A stretch of 64,000 bases of DNA from Phoronis australis (GCA_002633005.1 NMRA01000996.1:1-64000), one strand, 5' to 3'. Shown: positions 26,434-39,729, numbered from the stretch's first letter. Notes: generated by a model from the sequence alone, not told the origin. A program made the numbers and translations.

Positions 26434-27294
26434 TGTACATGTTGCTCTTACCATTGCACTTTTGGAAAAAAAACATAGCATAGCAGTGACGGAAATAAGT
26501 ACAAGTATCAAAGTGCACTGCATGTACATGTACCTACTTGCCATTTAGAGGCTAAAACATATACATGTAGTAACTGTGATAGATGACTTCTTTTGTCAAG
26601 CAAGGTTCGAGGTATGAGATTATTTCAATAAAAGAGATTGCCAGAGCGAAGGTTTCAAAACATTATTACGAACGTCGGCAAAAATGCGTATTAATTACCA
26701 AAAATACTTAGCAGAAACGGAAAAAATATGCTTCAAATATTTTTGTTTTTAAGGAGTTTTGCAGATTATTGCTATTCTGAGCCTCGTATTTTCCATAACA
26801 GACTTTTTGATTCCATCCTTGCCTGGGCAATTTTTCTACTAAAATGTTTACCATGTTTTTACACTGTACTCCAAACAGATACTTTTCCCAAAACAAACAG
26901 CTGGTGACAATAAAGCAGGTTGTTTAGACGATGCTTTGGTGAAGTGGACCCCAATTTCGACAAAAGTTTTGAGAATGACACTGATGCTCCATATTTACAT
27001 GTTCCTTTGACTGATGTTTTGAACAATCCATTCAAAGCAACGATAAAATTGTCCAACCTGGCCAGAGGTCAAGTTGCGTAGACTGAATAGGCGAGATTGT
27101 TGCGTGGTGCCAATTCCCTTGTTCAACATTGGCAAGATGCCACACTGTATTGTTGTCCATCTCATAACTTTTATGCAACTGGTGTTCTGGTGTAAGGCAA
27201 GTTATGAATTTCTGACAAATGGCTGTACGGCTGTTAACTTAGTGGTGCCAGCTTAGAACAGGGATATTTCATGTCATTTATTGCTGTTTTTCAG

Positions 27295-27366
27295 CTGATT
27301 GGTGCGCTGTTTGCCTGCTTTGTTGCCAGAGGACTGAACAAAGCAAACTATGAGAACATAGCCTAG
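27295..27366 (+). CDS. TSPAN7: Tetraspanin exon 7 (TM4 end, tail with YxxPhi motif)
   Basis: ttttcag|; LIGALFACFVARGLNKANYENIA-TAG. Confidence 0.92.
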   Translation: MIGALFACFVARGLNKANYENIA

Positions 27367-28610
27367 GCAGTTGACAGGCAGGAACCTGAAGAATTTGTTG
27401 CAGCAGCTAAATCACTCTTTTATCACTGGACATGAGATACATTTGATTTCAGAGCCTATTAAGTTAAGGCTGTAGGTTTAGGCTCAAGTCAAATTAATTG
27501 GGTGTGATCGACCTTGACATACCATACTTGTTTCTGCACAATGAAAAAATTGCTAACCTTAACTGTCCGTTAGATATGTGCTAAATGTTTAAGTTGGCTA
27601 TAAACCTGTGTTCCGTCACAAAAGCTGAAACTTTTGATCAGGTTTCATTAGTTTTGTCCTTTACAATGAACAAACATATGTTTGAAGATCCAGACTGAAC
27701 ACTTCAATTTTGAGTCTGTTCGCTCCACTGTTGCCTATGTCTACAATCTGACGGTTGCTCAGTTGAAGGCGACAAATTCAAGATGCTAAGTACTACACAA
27801 TGCATCTTTTCAAATTCACAACACTACATCTTTGCCATTACCTGGAAGAGATGCTTTGCAGACTTCTTGTGAAGAAGTTGAGATCCTTTTCAGAGTGACA
27901 AGTGACTATTAAATACTAAATTAGACTGGGTGTCGTACTGCAGGATCATAGCCAGTTTATTTTTGTATGTTTTGAGTATGAAATCTGTCTCATTTTTTCC
28001 GTCTATCTTTCAAAACAAACTGGACAAACGTCCTCAGAGGTCTGTCAGACTTTGTCAATCTTCGACAAAGATTTTGCCAGACTATTGGGCGTTTTAAGTT
28101 GAACGATAAAACATCATTTTTGATAAATTGTAACCAGACCAACAGGTGGCGTTATTGCTCCTACTAGCTAGTTGTTTAATAGAGAATGTACTCCCCAGGT
28201 AAGTCGTTGCAATTTTGAGAAAGTGTGTGGAGCACCGCCTGTTGAGATTTTGCTAAGTCAGAATTGAAATGGCTTCCATTCAGAACAAATGAATATTACT
28301 TGGTTACTATCATCAAATGTTCAGTTTATTTTGAAAGCTTCTGTGTCTACTCTCTGAGATTTTCAGAGATATTTTGATCCAGACGTTTAGTTTTTATTGC
28401 TATTTTACGTATAAGTATTTATATTAATCTATACTCTTATAATTTCCCAGTGACAATACACATGCCAGGTTGGGTTGTGGTGATATACAGAGCTATGAAT
28501 TGGTTGAATGTATTATTTTTGAAAATTAAATTATAGTGCCATCGAAAGGACCAAGTGTCTTGAAGAAAAATGTTTTTGATATCAGATAATTTGGTAATCA
28601 ACTTAAATAT

Positions 28611-28980
28611 GCCTCTTAATCATTGTAGTTGAAATCAAACTCAAAATTATTTTGGCATTTTCTATTGTGCTGCTGTGTGAACTCAAGTGTTTATTATTCT
28701 ATACTTGGGTACATAATGGCCTACAGGGATTACTGTCTAGTGCTTGCTGACCCCAGCATTCAGGGTAAAAGATCAAGTTTGAACTTCTGAGTCTTTATGT
28801 CAGTTTGTAACTCGAATGTCAAGGTCATCATGTGAGAGCTTTGACTATAAACTCGGGCATAAAGCACAGAGTACCTGAACACAGACTAATAGCCACTTAT
28901 CTTGGGCTCCAATCGCAAGAGTAGAGCAAAATGACAAAATTAAATTCGAACTCGATTCCGAGTGCAAGGGTTAGACCCCT
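28611..28980. mobile_element. Older copy of the 57997-58411 foldback MITE within the putative tetraspanin 3' UTR
   Basis: Shares aactcaaaatta.ttttggcattttctatt...gaactcaag...tattattctat with 58036-58107; right end is complementary to left end. Confidence 0.65.
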
Positions 28981-29616
28981 TGTTGTAGGTATTGTTTACT
29001 AGTCTGGAGTGAAAATGTTCATGAGATCATTGAAGTTGTGTACAGTTGCTTCACTTGGTTACAGAAGGCAGTCTTTTTGACTTGTCAGTAGGTGGTGACG
29101 GTCTGCCTGAGGGTGTCACGAGTGAGCAGTTGTGAAGGAAAATTTTAAGGTTGTTCAGGACCCTAGAAAAAGTCCAGATTTGGCACAACTTCGGAAAAAT
29201 CGTATTTCAAAAAGAGCTGATCAGATTCATTGGGTACTTTCAAATGCCATGCCTTACTTATGCCGTGTCCTCCAAAACGCTTTCACGAAATGCAGTTGAA
29301 GTGTTCCAGCTTCATGGGAGTGGTTGTCAAAAAGACCTCCATAACTTTCATTCACTTTTTTGCTCTTTCCATTTTGCTTACTATTATTTTTGATTATACC
29401 GCCGTCGGAATGTAATCACAATTGCCTTTCCTTTTGTTAATTGTTATCATTCTTGGAAAATGTCAAACCTGCAGTCATGTAGTCGCATATCAACGTGCTA
29501 TATATGTTTATGAGGTGTTTAATTTATTGTTTACAAAAACTGTTATGTCTTTATGGAAATTATTTATCCCAAAAGCTTACTAGTGTACATGTACTTAATG
29601 TTTACGTAACATCTGG

Positions 29617-29660
29617 AATAAAGTACTATTGGATCACCTAAGTGTATGTTTTTATTCTGT
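29617..29660 (+). terminator. Candidate poly(A) signal of the tetraspanin (implies ~2.3 kb 3' UTR)
   Basis: AATAAA at 29617-29622 followed ~20 nt later by a GT/T-rich tract (agtgtatgtttttattctgtg), preceded by AT-rich UTR-like sequence. Confidence 0.45.
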
Positions 29661-32589
29661 GCTGGGGATGTCTTCATATGCGTTGTTGCCATGGACCTAT
29701 AAAAAGTGCTGGGCTCTGGAGACAGCAACATTACAGAAAAATGTTTGGTTTTAACTCCATGCCGGCGACAGCGATTTTTAAATCGAAGCTGGCCTAGCTA
29801 TCTGTGTGGTTATTGCCGTTGTTCCCATGCTCATTCGTGGGCATCACGACTCGCAACACTGACAGGCCGCGGGCTCAAATATGATTACTAAAGCTATATG
29901 TACATGTATGAACGGGTCCAAGTGTACATGTAGGTGAGCGTTTCAGTCCCCCTATGTGATGTGCAGACAACTTGTTCAGGATGATAAGTACGTTGCACTG
30001 CCCGTTCACTAGGTAACCTCGTCGCGCAGTGTAACCCATCGGGTTGAAATCTTAGGAGTTTACGTCATGACCGTGCTGTGTCTCAAAAAGAATTTCATTG
30101 ATAGGCCTACATCTTCAGAGATTTGATAGCCTTTAGTATACCTGTTGCTAAGAAACGAGCCAAAAATTTTAAGATATTTTTCTATTATTGGGGTTGTACG
30201 TGATGTGTTTAGACGGTGCTAATTCTATGTACTGCCAACAGTGAATACGAATGACCCAGGCTAACGTAGCCTTCGTCAGTGATTATTAAGTGCCTATTTT
30301 GTGAATATTGACCACCCTTTGGTTCAGTTGGTTGTGGCTCACATACATGTCTGCGGCATTTCGGAGTCTCGTGCAAGTGGGTCTGAGTTCATACGGCCTC
30401 AAAGCCGACGAAGGTTCACAAAGTGGGAAGTGCAATTTATTGTCTTATTCTTCAAGTACTTGAGTGTGGTGCCCGTGTCCACTGTCTTCTCTGTCTGTAT
30501 TATAACTGTCCAGTTCTCGCTCAAAACCGACCTCGTCTCCTAATCAGCTGTGTTCCGTCAAGTGACCTAAAGCATTTTCACGAAAGACGTCGCTCTACTC
30601 GGTTGGCGACTAGTCTTATAATACACGCAGTGTTGGCTAACGTAGTAAATGACATAAAGTCTTCCACCCATCTCATCATTTGGCGGGAAACATGGAAACA
30701 ACATTTTTCGTCAAATTTAAGAATTCGCAATTATTTGCCATAAATAGTGCTTATTTAGTTAAATTTTACGACATTCATTTCACATGAACTTACTGAAGTC
30801 TCAAAAACTAGGAAATGCATGGTGTAAAGAACTTGAAATCAAGGTAGGCCTACTCTCAATAAAACTATATTGTGAGCCGGTGGGGCCTAGTTGTTATGGT
30901 GCTTCATTTTGTCTTCGCCAAGCCTTGAGATCTGTACCGTTTGCATTCGCAGTGTACGTGTAGCTTTACATTTGCAAACATCCAACTGTTGAACTCATGG
31001 ATGATTTATTTTAGGCCTATGTGGATCCTCAGTGCCAATCGGACCCGACCGCCACCACAAGTTGTAATCTGAAGGGTTTCATTTGTACGGTCATTTCCTC
31101 TTCAGGCGAACATTTTGCCCATAAATATTCATCAGTTACAAAAAGCCCACATCTAAAACTTGCAAATATACTGCTCTCTGCTCTCAGTCAGCGGTTAGAG
31201 TACATATGTTACCCGTAAGTCTTTGTGCTGGAAGGAAAATAAGTTATGAATGATAACTTTAATGAGAAAGGGAGTAATTAGCGTGCAAATAACAGGAGTA
31301 AATATTTTTCATTACAAAATGTCATTGTTTGCCTTGTGTGCATGTTTACCGATTTTTAAAATTTACTGTCGTACATGTACGTCATTTTGAGCAGGTATTT
31401 GTCCAAATATATACAGTTTCTGAGTTTGAGTTTGAGTTTCTCGCCGTTTGTGGACACGGGCGTCTGTTGGAACAATTAGATCAATTGTGATTTCAGGCGT
31501 TATGTGGTGCTATGCGCAGTCGAGAGCCATGGGCACCTGTCAATAATTGCGACCTCTCTGAGGGGTGAATCAAATTTATTTAAACGTAGTCTCGTTCCCG
31601 GACGTTCTACGAAGGGCCATGTTGTTACCTATACGATAACGTGTTCCACTAGTTTTGAGGTGATACATATCAGAAATACCGGTCTAATTTGAGCAAGTGT
31701 TCCGTTACCTTTTTGAGCCGGTGAATAAATTTCATCTGACGAGACATTGGGATCTTTAAATTGCAACGATGTTCTTAAATTTAAGTAGATGAGCAGAAGT
31801 TCATAAGGGTACTAAATGTAGATGTCCTAAGTTAAAGTCAGCCAGTGAGCAGAACACTGGGGTCTGATGACTTGTACCAGGAAGAGATATCTCTTCCTGC
31901 TTGTACGGATAAATAAAAAACAATATGAAGGCTATATACTGTGGACGGAATTGATCTCCTTGGCGCCATTTTTGTGGCGCTTTATTTCTATTTTATCTTA
32001 CTTTGAATTTTATCATTTTTGACTAGCCGAACAGCGTCCAATATCTTCTTTATGGTGTCATGCCCTTATAATATCAATAAACTAGCGCCCTCCTCAGTTC
32101 TGTCGAAAATATTAAATTAGATTTAAAATATCTTAAGACCAGGCCCAAATGACTTACTTAAAATGACGCCAACATAACTTCTCACAAGGACTTCGTTTTC
32201 AAAAGCCATATATTTACAAAAATACTAGTTTTAATCCACAATATATCAAGTTATTTTACCTGTGCCGACCCAAGTTCAACAGAAACCCCACTCATTTCAC
32301 ACAATGGGACCTCAGATCAAAGATAAATAACCCTCTTGACGACAGAGGGAATTCTACACTACATGACGGCCGTGGACCGTGCATCACGTGGATTTGTCAG
32401 TTGCACTGACTACTACATCTGCTAAAGAACTGGCGAGGTCTGGATACCGCAATCACTATTATGTGCAACACTAAGCCTGAGGCATCTGTACTTACTTTCG
32501 ATCAGTGATAACCATTCAAACTGTGTTTAGAAAATTACAAGGGACAATGTTAAAGTTTGTAATTTGCTGTTATTATTTATAATAGGAAG

Positions 32590-33123
32590 TCTTCCAACTT
32601 GGTCATGAAAAATAACATTTCTAAAGCGAAAGTCCGCCCCGTTGCACAGTGTAGTGTTGTGAGTTTGTATGCCCTATGAACGAATGTCTTCGTTCAAACG
32701 TCAAACAATGTTACATTGGTCAAACGGTTTGCAGTCTTTCCCGTCGGTTATCCATGCATCTTCAAAATGGCGCCATTCAAGATCATTTTCTGCAATGCCA
32801 CGCACGTAAAATCACCCGTCAAGAAATTGTGGAAAACACGTCAATTTGCTACGTGGAGCAAGATGTGCTGCGTTTGAAAGTATTAGAGTCCCTTTTAATT
32901 GCTTTTGAGAAGCCTGTTTTGAATGAGCAGCAAACAGGGTCGCGCCGCACGTTACACTTGTTTGCGTGACTTTCCTGTTACCCCAATTCATTAGTCATTC
33001 TTTGCAGTATTTCACACTCGCCGTGTCTCACTGTTTGTGTCGTCAGCTTATACTCTGTGGTGGCATTACTGCGTCATTTTATCTTCACTTAAGAATGAAA
33101 CAAGTATGTTTCGAAATATCGTG
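32590..33123 (+). mobile_element. 5'-truncated Penelope-like element (GIY-YIG endonuclease end plus 3' terminal repeat region)
   Basis: ORF 32676-32969 has C...YIGQT...LSRRL..H...L..LESL.I...KP.LN.Q; upstream frameshifted SNLVMKNN...VV/EFVCP; no RT domain present. Confidence 0.85.
33086..33123 (+). ncRNA. Minimal type-I hammerhead-ribozyme-like motif (degenerate core)
   Basis: CAC-TTAAGAAT-GAAACA(AGTA)TGTTTC-GAAA-TA-TC-GTG: stem I CAC/GTG, perfect 6-bp stem II, GAAA, minimal stem III; lies ~120 nt after the Penelope stop codon. Confidence 0.55.
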
Positions 33124-34220
33124 TGTCTTTTAAGTATGTCGCTAGGTCAGTTGCTGTATCTATGTTCAGTTGAGAGTAGAGTTTTGGTCCGAAAGTACGA
33201 ACGTAACGGAATAAAAACTGTGAACAATGAAAAGCGTCGTGCATTTAACAAATTCAAGAAAGCTACCAATATACATAGGCTTTTAATTTAGTTACGTGTT
33301 GTCCGGAATATGTATAAATATTGAGAGCATTTTGTTCACGTATTAATTAGATTTTCAATTATATGTTTTGGTGAAGGTCTACGAATAGACGCTGATGTAA
33401 CTTGAAGCAATTGCTGCAAGTTTCGTGAATTGAGAGAAATCCTCGATATTCAATGATCTTAATGTCATTAAGATTTCTAGAAAGACTTGTTGGAGCTCAT
33501 AAATTTCGGGAGACTGGTAAAACTTGATAACGTCAGAGCTTATCTGTACGTTTCTCGGCATCAAAAAGGCATACCTAGCAGTGTCTAACTCTTAGAACGT
33601 ATTTTCCACCCTGTGCCCCTTTCACTTGATATCTACAAATCATGATCTTTAATTTTTTTTCTCCTTATTCTACGTTCCTTTTCATCTTCTCAAGAGCAGG
33701 ATAATTTTCCTGAACCCCACTACATTGTTTTATTGCGCAACCGTTTTCATCACCTGTACATTATTGGCAACGCATGAAAATTAAAGGATTTTTTAATAAT
33801 AGCCTTTCTGTAAATAAATATCTCCAGACTTGGGCTACAGGTAGAAACCTTATTGAACACTATTACGTAAATTATGCGTATAAAAATGGTCACTTCGTTG
33901 TAGTTGCTACGCTTGTTATCGAAATTTCAGGCTTCGTCCACGTTTAGGGCTTTTAAATCACGAGTCTTGATAAAATAATCGAGAGTATTCATTATGTACG
34001 TAAAATATAACATGTATTTATCTTAAAGCAATGTCATGTCGAAAACTAGAATTTATTCTAGCGTAACGTTATTGTTCATCGAATGCTATAAAAAGGTCCT
34101 ACGATTTCCACAGTGCGACACATGGGAATTCTTGTGACACGGAACTTGTTCGAAAATCCTTTGTTACTTTTGGCACTGGGGATTACAAATGGTGTTTGTA
34201 GAGCATTGCCGCTGTCTCCT

Positions 34221-34486
34221 TCACACCCTTTTTACGTATTGTTTATTTGCTGCATCCCAGCTTGATATTTTATCCGTTGCACGTTCTTTTGATTTTGCTG
34301 CTCCAAGATCGTAGCTTCTTAAGTAGCTGCACTGTGCAAGTGCCTCTATTGAGTTTGGATCTGATGGCAATTGCTCCCGCCGAAACGAGCTGAGATCGAA
34401 TATCGAAAGGCGAGGTACCTCCCTTGGCTTGACTGGTGGAGGTGTCTCAGGTTTAGGAGGGATGTATATTTCCGCTTTCTTGTCTT
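34221..34486 (-). CDS. Uncharacterised protein exon 2 (Pro-rich segment, C-terminal CSYLR motif)
   Basis: Acceptor tttctacatttcag|, phase 1, joins in frame with exon 1 (G|AA = Glu): EDKKAEIYIPPKPETPPP...DPNSIEALAQCSYLR...VKRV-TGA; total ~598 aa. Confidence 0.78.
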
Positions 34487-35363
34487 CTGAAATGTAGAAA
34501 GTGAACATTTTGATATTGGTTAATATTATAAAGTCAAATTGAGGATACAATTTTAAATTAACAACAGTCATCAATAGAACCCTACTTAGACACCCTGACC
34601 GGTCGAGTTTGGGGAAGTCGACCGGTTTGTTTACCTCGAAATCTACCCGCCGGCGATAATCAAAGCCACCCTGTTGTTGCAGTTTATTATATCTTCCCAG
34701 ACCACTGTTGTTACCCTTGGGTCGACAATAGTATTTTTTAAATTTCGGTTTGTAAATAACATATTTGAATAGTTCGTGAAAAGCACGTCGTGATTAGGTT
34801 TTTCGATTTTGAAAAATGGGCGAGAATGTGACTTTTACTACAGTGTACCTAAACCCGTATGTTTAATGTTGCCATAATACGGTCCTCATTAATTCTGCTG
34901 GGTGTGTTACTTAATTAGGCTAATTACCAAACCACCAGGCAACAGTTGGATTTTGAGGTAAGACAAGTGTCATCCACCGTACAATTCTTGCCATGTTGCA
35001 AGGTAATTAAATCAGATGCATGACTTATCCGGTGCAACTTGATTCGACGACCAGCTGATTGAGACCAGTTACTCGTTTCAGGAGGAGACAGTTTTACTAA
35101 ATTTTAGAAGCGTGTAACACATGGCATCTTTCTGTACCTGACAGAAGTACTAGCGAATGTATTATTATTATATAAAAATCTCTCTGAATAGGTGCTTGCG
35201 TTGTGGGTCACATTTTATGACTTTGTTAAATCTACTGCGTTGAAATTGTGTCCGACGGATTTACGGTTTTATTACTTGGCAATTGAATTAAACTTCTGAT
35301 TACTGGTAGGTTAATTCAACAGTTTTTCTAAAAGTGTTTTCATTATGAGAAGTTAAACGTTTT

Positions 35364-35430
35364 TGTTATTTGACCCTGTTAGCTACAGTCACAGATTTTC
35401 TGTGACTGTAGCTAACAGGGTCAAATAACA
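35364..35430. repeat. Perfect 32-bp inverted repeat with 3-nt loop
   Basis: TGTTATTTGACCCTGTTAGCTACAGTCACAGA-TTT-TCTGTGACTGTAGCTAACAGGGTCAAATAACA. Confidence 0.97.
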
Positions 35431-36065
35431 GAATGTTAATCACTTATTATTTTGCGATGTTAGCCCAGCAACATTTTATCATTTATGGGAAGGTGGTTGT
35501 AGCTTTGTTTTTTCGTGAAAACTAAGAAAAACATTTATAAAGTATTATCTCATTGTTCACAAGAACAAACATGGCTACTCGGGCTTTTCCAACTTGTTGA
35601 AATACGCAATGGCTGCCACATTCAATGACAAATAATGGCCGTGGTGGCAGAAAATTCACGTTAAAAGGATACCACATCCGGTTTTAGCCTATTCACAGAT
35701 ATCAAAATCGACACATCCTGTTCTCTTAGACAAACTACATGTACATGCAATTATCAATAACGCTCGGTAACACTCAAAAGTTATACAGCAAAACTTGAAA
35801 ACTCCTTACGAAGTCGCGAAAAGGGGCAACCAGGACGAGAAGTAGGCTTTAGGTGATTTGCATGTAAACGACAACTAAGAAGCATAATTTTCAATCGGTG
35901 ACGCAGACACTTGACGCGTTTTCAGTTGCAACTGTTCAAGAAGGACGCCAATAAAACATTATGTGACAAAACGAGTACTGTTTGAAATAACCAAAACATG
36001 GTTAAGTATCCTTTCAAATAACACTAAAATGAACTCGTGTGTACCAAGATCAGATCATACCATTT

Positions 36066-36137
36066 CATGGGCGGCGTAGCACTGAAAAAAGTGGGGGCTA
36101 TAGGCCCCCTCCAGCCCCTTATTGTGTGTCGCCCATG
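36066..36137. mobile_element. 72 bp mini-MITE with CATGGGCG TIRs and 5-bp TSD
   Basis: CATGGGCG...CGCCCATG flanked by CATTT (36061-36065) and CATTT (36138-36142). Confidence 0.8.
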
Positions 36138-39100
36138 CATTTTCGTAATAAAACTTTGCTGTTACTGTTTTAGTCCCCAAAAGTTTCACCTGTCATAACA
36201 ACTGCAACTTTCTAAGAAAATAGTGTTCGCGTAGCCCCTAAACGCGGCATGCCATCGGCTATTTTGGTCGTGAGGGAATGCTTCTCTTTAATCTGCCTAC
36301 ATTGTATGCATCATTAGGCAACTCGTACGGTAACACTAATATTGCACGTAAGTGGACGAGAATGCGTACACCTTTCACCTCAAAATCCCTTGAGAAGTTT
36401 TCGGCACAACAAAGGCTTGATGGCGCCGTCACAGATATAAATGCGCTCAGTAGTCGTTTTTCATGGGCTTTGCCAAATGTGCTTTACTATTGGATTAGAC
36501 ATTGCTGTCGTTACAACTCGCCTGTTGGCCTGTTGAGAGCACGAGTCAAAAACAAACAAATAATTGGTAAGGCAAATGACCAAATGACTGTTTTCAAAAT
36601 TTCAAAATCAAATACTAGACATCTTCGAGTGTTTAAAATCGGTGCATTAATAGGGAAATAATTAGCGAATAGGTTTTCTTTAACAGCGCGGGTACCACAT
36701 GCATTTTTATGAAAGGACGGGTTAGTCACAGCTTGGATTATAGCGTTGGGATGACAAAAGGCCAAATGTTAGCGTACGAGTTGCCCCATGTTCAAATAGA
36801 CATATGTAGAAGTAGCACTCATTCAAGCACAATAAAATAATGCAAACTCCACTCTATCGTGTTGAAGGTATTTACATGTACAGAAATAGGAAAATTCTCT
36901 GCGCAATATAAATAAAAATCGTCAAATCAATATTTGAATTAGATTTACTTGCTTTGCACGCCAGTCAATTCCTCTAACGAAAATCGAAATTTGCATTTAA
37001 TGCTGATTTCACGGGAAATACCAAATTCGTTTTAAGAATTCATAATGATGGAAATCAATTCCAGAAACGAATGTCAAAATTTACCAAGAACGCGTTTCTA
37101 AAACTTCTCAGATCGCCTTATGGCCTATTCAACGTATATCGACTTCGCAGTTGTAGTCCACAGCAGATATTAATTCGTTCAGACATGTCAATTAAGCTAA
37201 TATTTTTAATCAGTCACGGCGCGGAAAAACGTAAATAAAATGATTGTTTACGAACGTAAGCGTATGTGCTTGGGGCGCTTGCCTTTCAGATCATCGACGA
37301 TATACAGTAAAGAGAACAAACGAGGAAAATTGCTAGTAGTCGTCAATGAAAACATGCAAACATGTAGCAAATTTCACGATTAGCTGAACATACTTTACAA
37401 ACATGCGCATTAAATGAAAGTCATTCACTTTCATAACGTTTCTCAAATAATGTTTATTATGTTTTATTAAGCAGAATTTTACATGAGTCAACAATGAAAC
37501 ATGTACGTGTAGTTGAACGTGTATTTGAGTTGCAGAAACGTGCCTTCCTTGTCGGACAGCTCAATACACTCTTGGTCAAACACTAGGCCTTCAATTGACA
37601 GTCGAAATGCGGGGAAATATTTCCCATCATAATTTGTGTCGTGAAACAGCTAAAATCTTCATTTATCACCAATGTTTGCCAGACACATTCGCTAAAATCA
37701 AGGACGATGACCAGTTAAATGTTAAGTTTAAAATATATTTATCGAGTGCGATTTCGCAGAAGGTTTGGTTGCTAATGTAAATTCGCGCTGCGGCTGATAT
37801 AAAAACCCTTTCTCTCCGCTAATGTCGTTTTAGATCAATTTTAGCTTGTACATGTACATACATGTACGTCCATTATCTAATCTAGCTCAAACTTTCAAGA
37901 TCATTCTGCGTGCGAGATGTTTAGGGGTTTCAGCGGACCCAACGTGCAGTGTATTAGTTATCTGTCATATGCCATTCAGTAAGTGGTATGCCATGAATCT
38001 TGTAGAGTTATTCTTTTTGAATTACCTCGAATGTTTGGTAGTCTTTTTGGGTTTCTCGCGGCTCCTGCCAGAGTGCCATTTTGGTCTTGGGTCATACGGT
38101 GCTCACTGTGACAGGGTTTAAATCAATTTTGGCGTGTGCCTCGAACAACTGACCTAGCCTATTGTCGTCAGCATCCAGTGAGGAGGAGTTCTGGCGAGCC
38201 AAACCCAGAGTGTATTTTGTCTGGGGTTGTTTCCACTGAGTGTTTGAGCCAACTCAATTTTGGAGGGTAATTTTGCTAGCGAGGCCTTTTTAGAGTGGAT
38301 CTTGTTCGTCCTGGCTCATTCGGTGCTCAATGTGGCATTATCGTTAATCTTAAATTAGTTTCGGCGGGCTGGGTACCGCACATCTATTCTAGACAATTTT
38401 GGCCCCTTACAACGGGTTTCCAGGGGCCACACTCAGTGCAGAATACCGGTCAACACGCATTTCTGTACATACTGGATGAACTGTAGGCCTAAGTGTTCTT
38501 GTGGTCAGATGTGTGGTATACGCACCTCATTCATATAGTCTCAGTAATTGCTCTGGGCTGCCTGCCATTTCCTCTCGTCTTCCAGAAATACATACAACTT
38601 AACGTGGCGCTTTCCAGTCTCAGGTTAATTAACCATTGAATTCCTCACTGAGCCTCTAAAATTTTGAATGATCTCGATCGATCTTTGTAATTATACAACA
38701 CTCGCTTTCATTAATGGCCAAATCGGCTTTGAAAATCCGATAACAGCTCATTTAGATTACATGTATAGCCTACTGTAACTGTTAACCCCTGCAACGTATT
38801 TGGGGAGGGTGCCAAAATATGGCTTGTAACATAGAAAACCAAGAAAAATTATGCATGTTGCACTTTGTCATAGAATAAAAGTATTCTCATGCCGTGCGGG
38901 CTGTTAAATATCATGCTTCAAAATTTACATAGCAAAGCGTGAGGCCGTCCCTGAATGTCACGTGGCTAAATATCCGGGAAAGTTGCAGGTCACTGGCCTC
39001 GCAGTTTTTTGCGAAAATATTAACGAGTAGGGTTTATTTCATTTGGGGTCGATTTCCATCTGTGTTGTTTTAAGTCAGTGCCTGCAAGACGTGCAAGCAA

Positions 39101-39177
39101 TTTAATGAAGTCGAGTTTTTCACATCATCATGGTTTGCACTGAGTCAATTTTACGAACAGCTGATATATTGTGTTGG

Positions 39178-39501
39178 CATAGGCAGATTTGGGGGGGGAG
39201 GCTGGAGGGCAGGGGGCCCGCCCCCCCCCTTGGCTGCCGCAAGCAAAATGAAACAGCGTGAGGAAATATAAAGTTCAGTAACTAGGACCGGTAGCGGATG
39301 AGGCGGTGGCTCAGATCCCAGAGGAATGGTGTTCATGTTTTTTTATTTTTTTAGTCCATTGATAGATTTTCTGAACGTAAGGTGCACGACCCAGCACCTG
39401 CAACTTTCGGGCCCCTGTGCACATACAATTTCGCGATGCCCTATTCCCCGAGGCAACACTGTTGTTGGGCCCCCCTCGTTATCATCCTAGATCCGCCTCT
39501 G
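39178..39501. mobile_element. ~310 bp GC-rich MITE-like repeat, copy 2
   Basis: Homologous to 3803-4114; ends in ATCCGCCTCTG like the 43999 element. Confidence 0.65.
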
Positions 39502-39729
39502 ATTAGAAACATTGTCTAAAACATACATTCACGTTTCAAACCACATATGAGGCTGTGACTGCGTAGGGTTCCAATCAGGGGCCCGTTCAGACGGCCTTGT
39601 GTGTTTCCACTGCAGACTATTATAACGCATGTGTTGTCAAATGAAGGTGCTTCGCGGTAATATACCGAGAGGTTACCGACCCACCTTCGCGTCAAAGTAA
39701 ACTACATTTACATGTACAAAGACATTTAC

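Larger units (their letters stand above)
4761..27366 (+). other. TSPAN7: Tetraspanin gene span (TSPAN6/7-like), 7 coding exons, 261 aa
   Basis: join(4761..4853,17195..17383,21410..21484,23713..23820,24236..24400,25309..25392,27295..27366). All introns are GT-AG and phase 0. The protein has 4 TM segments, CCG, PxSCC, EGC, a 6-Cys large loop and C-terminal YENI. The N-terminus RMSTSPVVNCMKVLL and CCGVQNYTDW resemble vertebrate TSPAN7; TSPAN6/7 co-orthology is inferred. Confidence 0.9.

Noticed and set aside
4854-27294. All six tetraspanin introns are phase 0
   Set aside because: Conserved phase-0 intron positions are a known tetraspanin trait; this supports the gene model but is not novel
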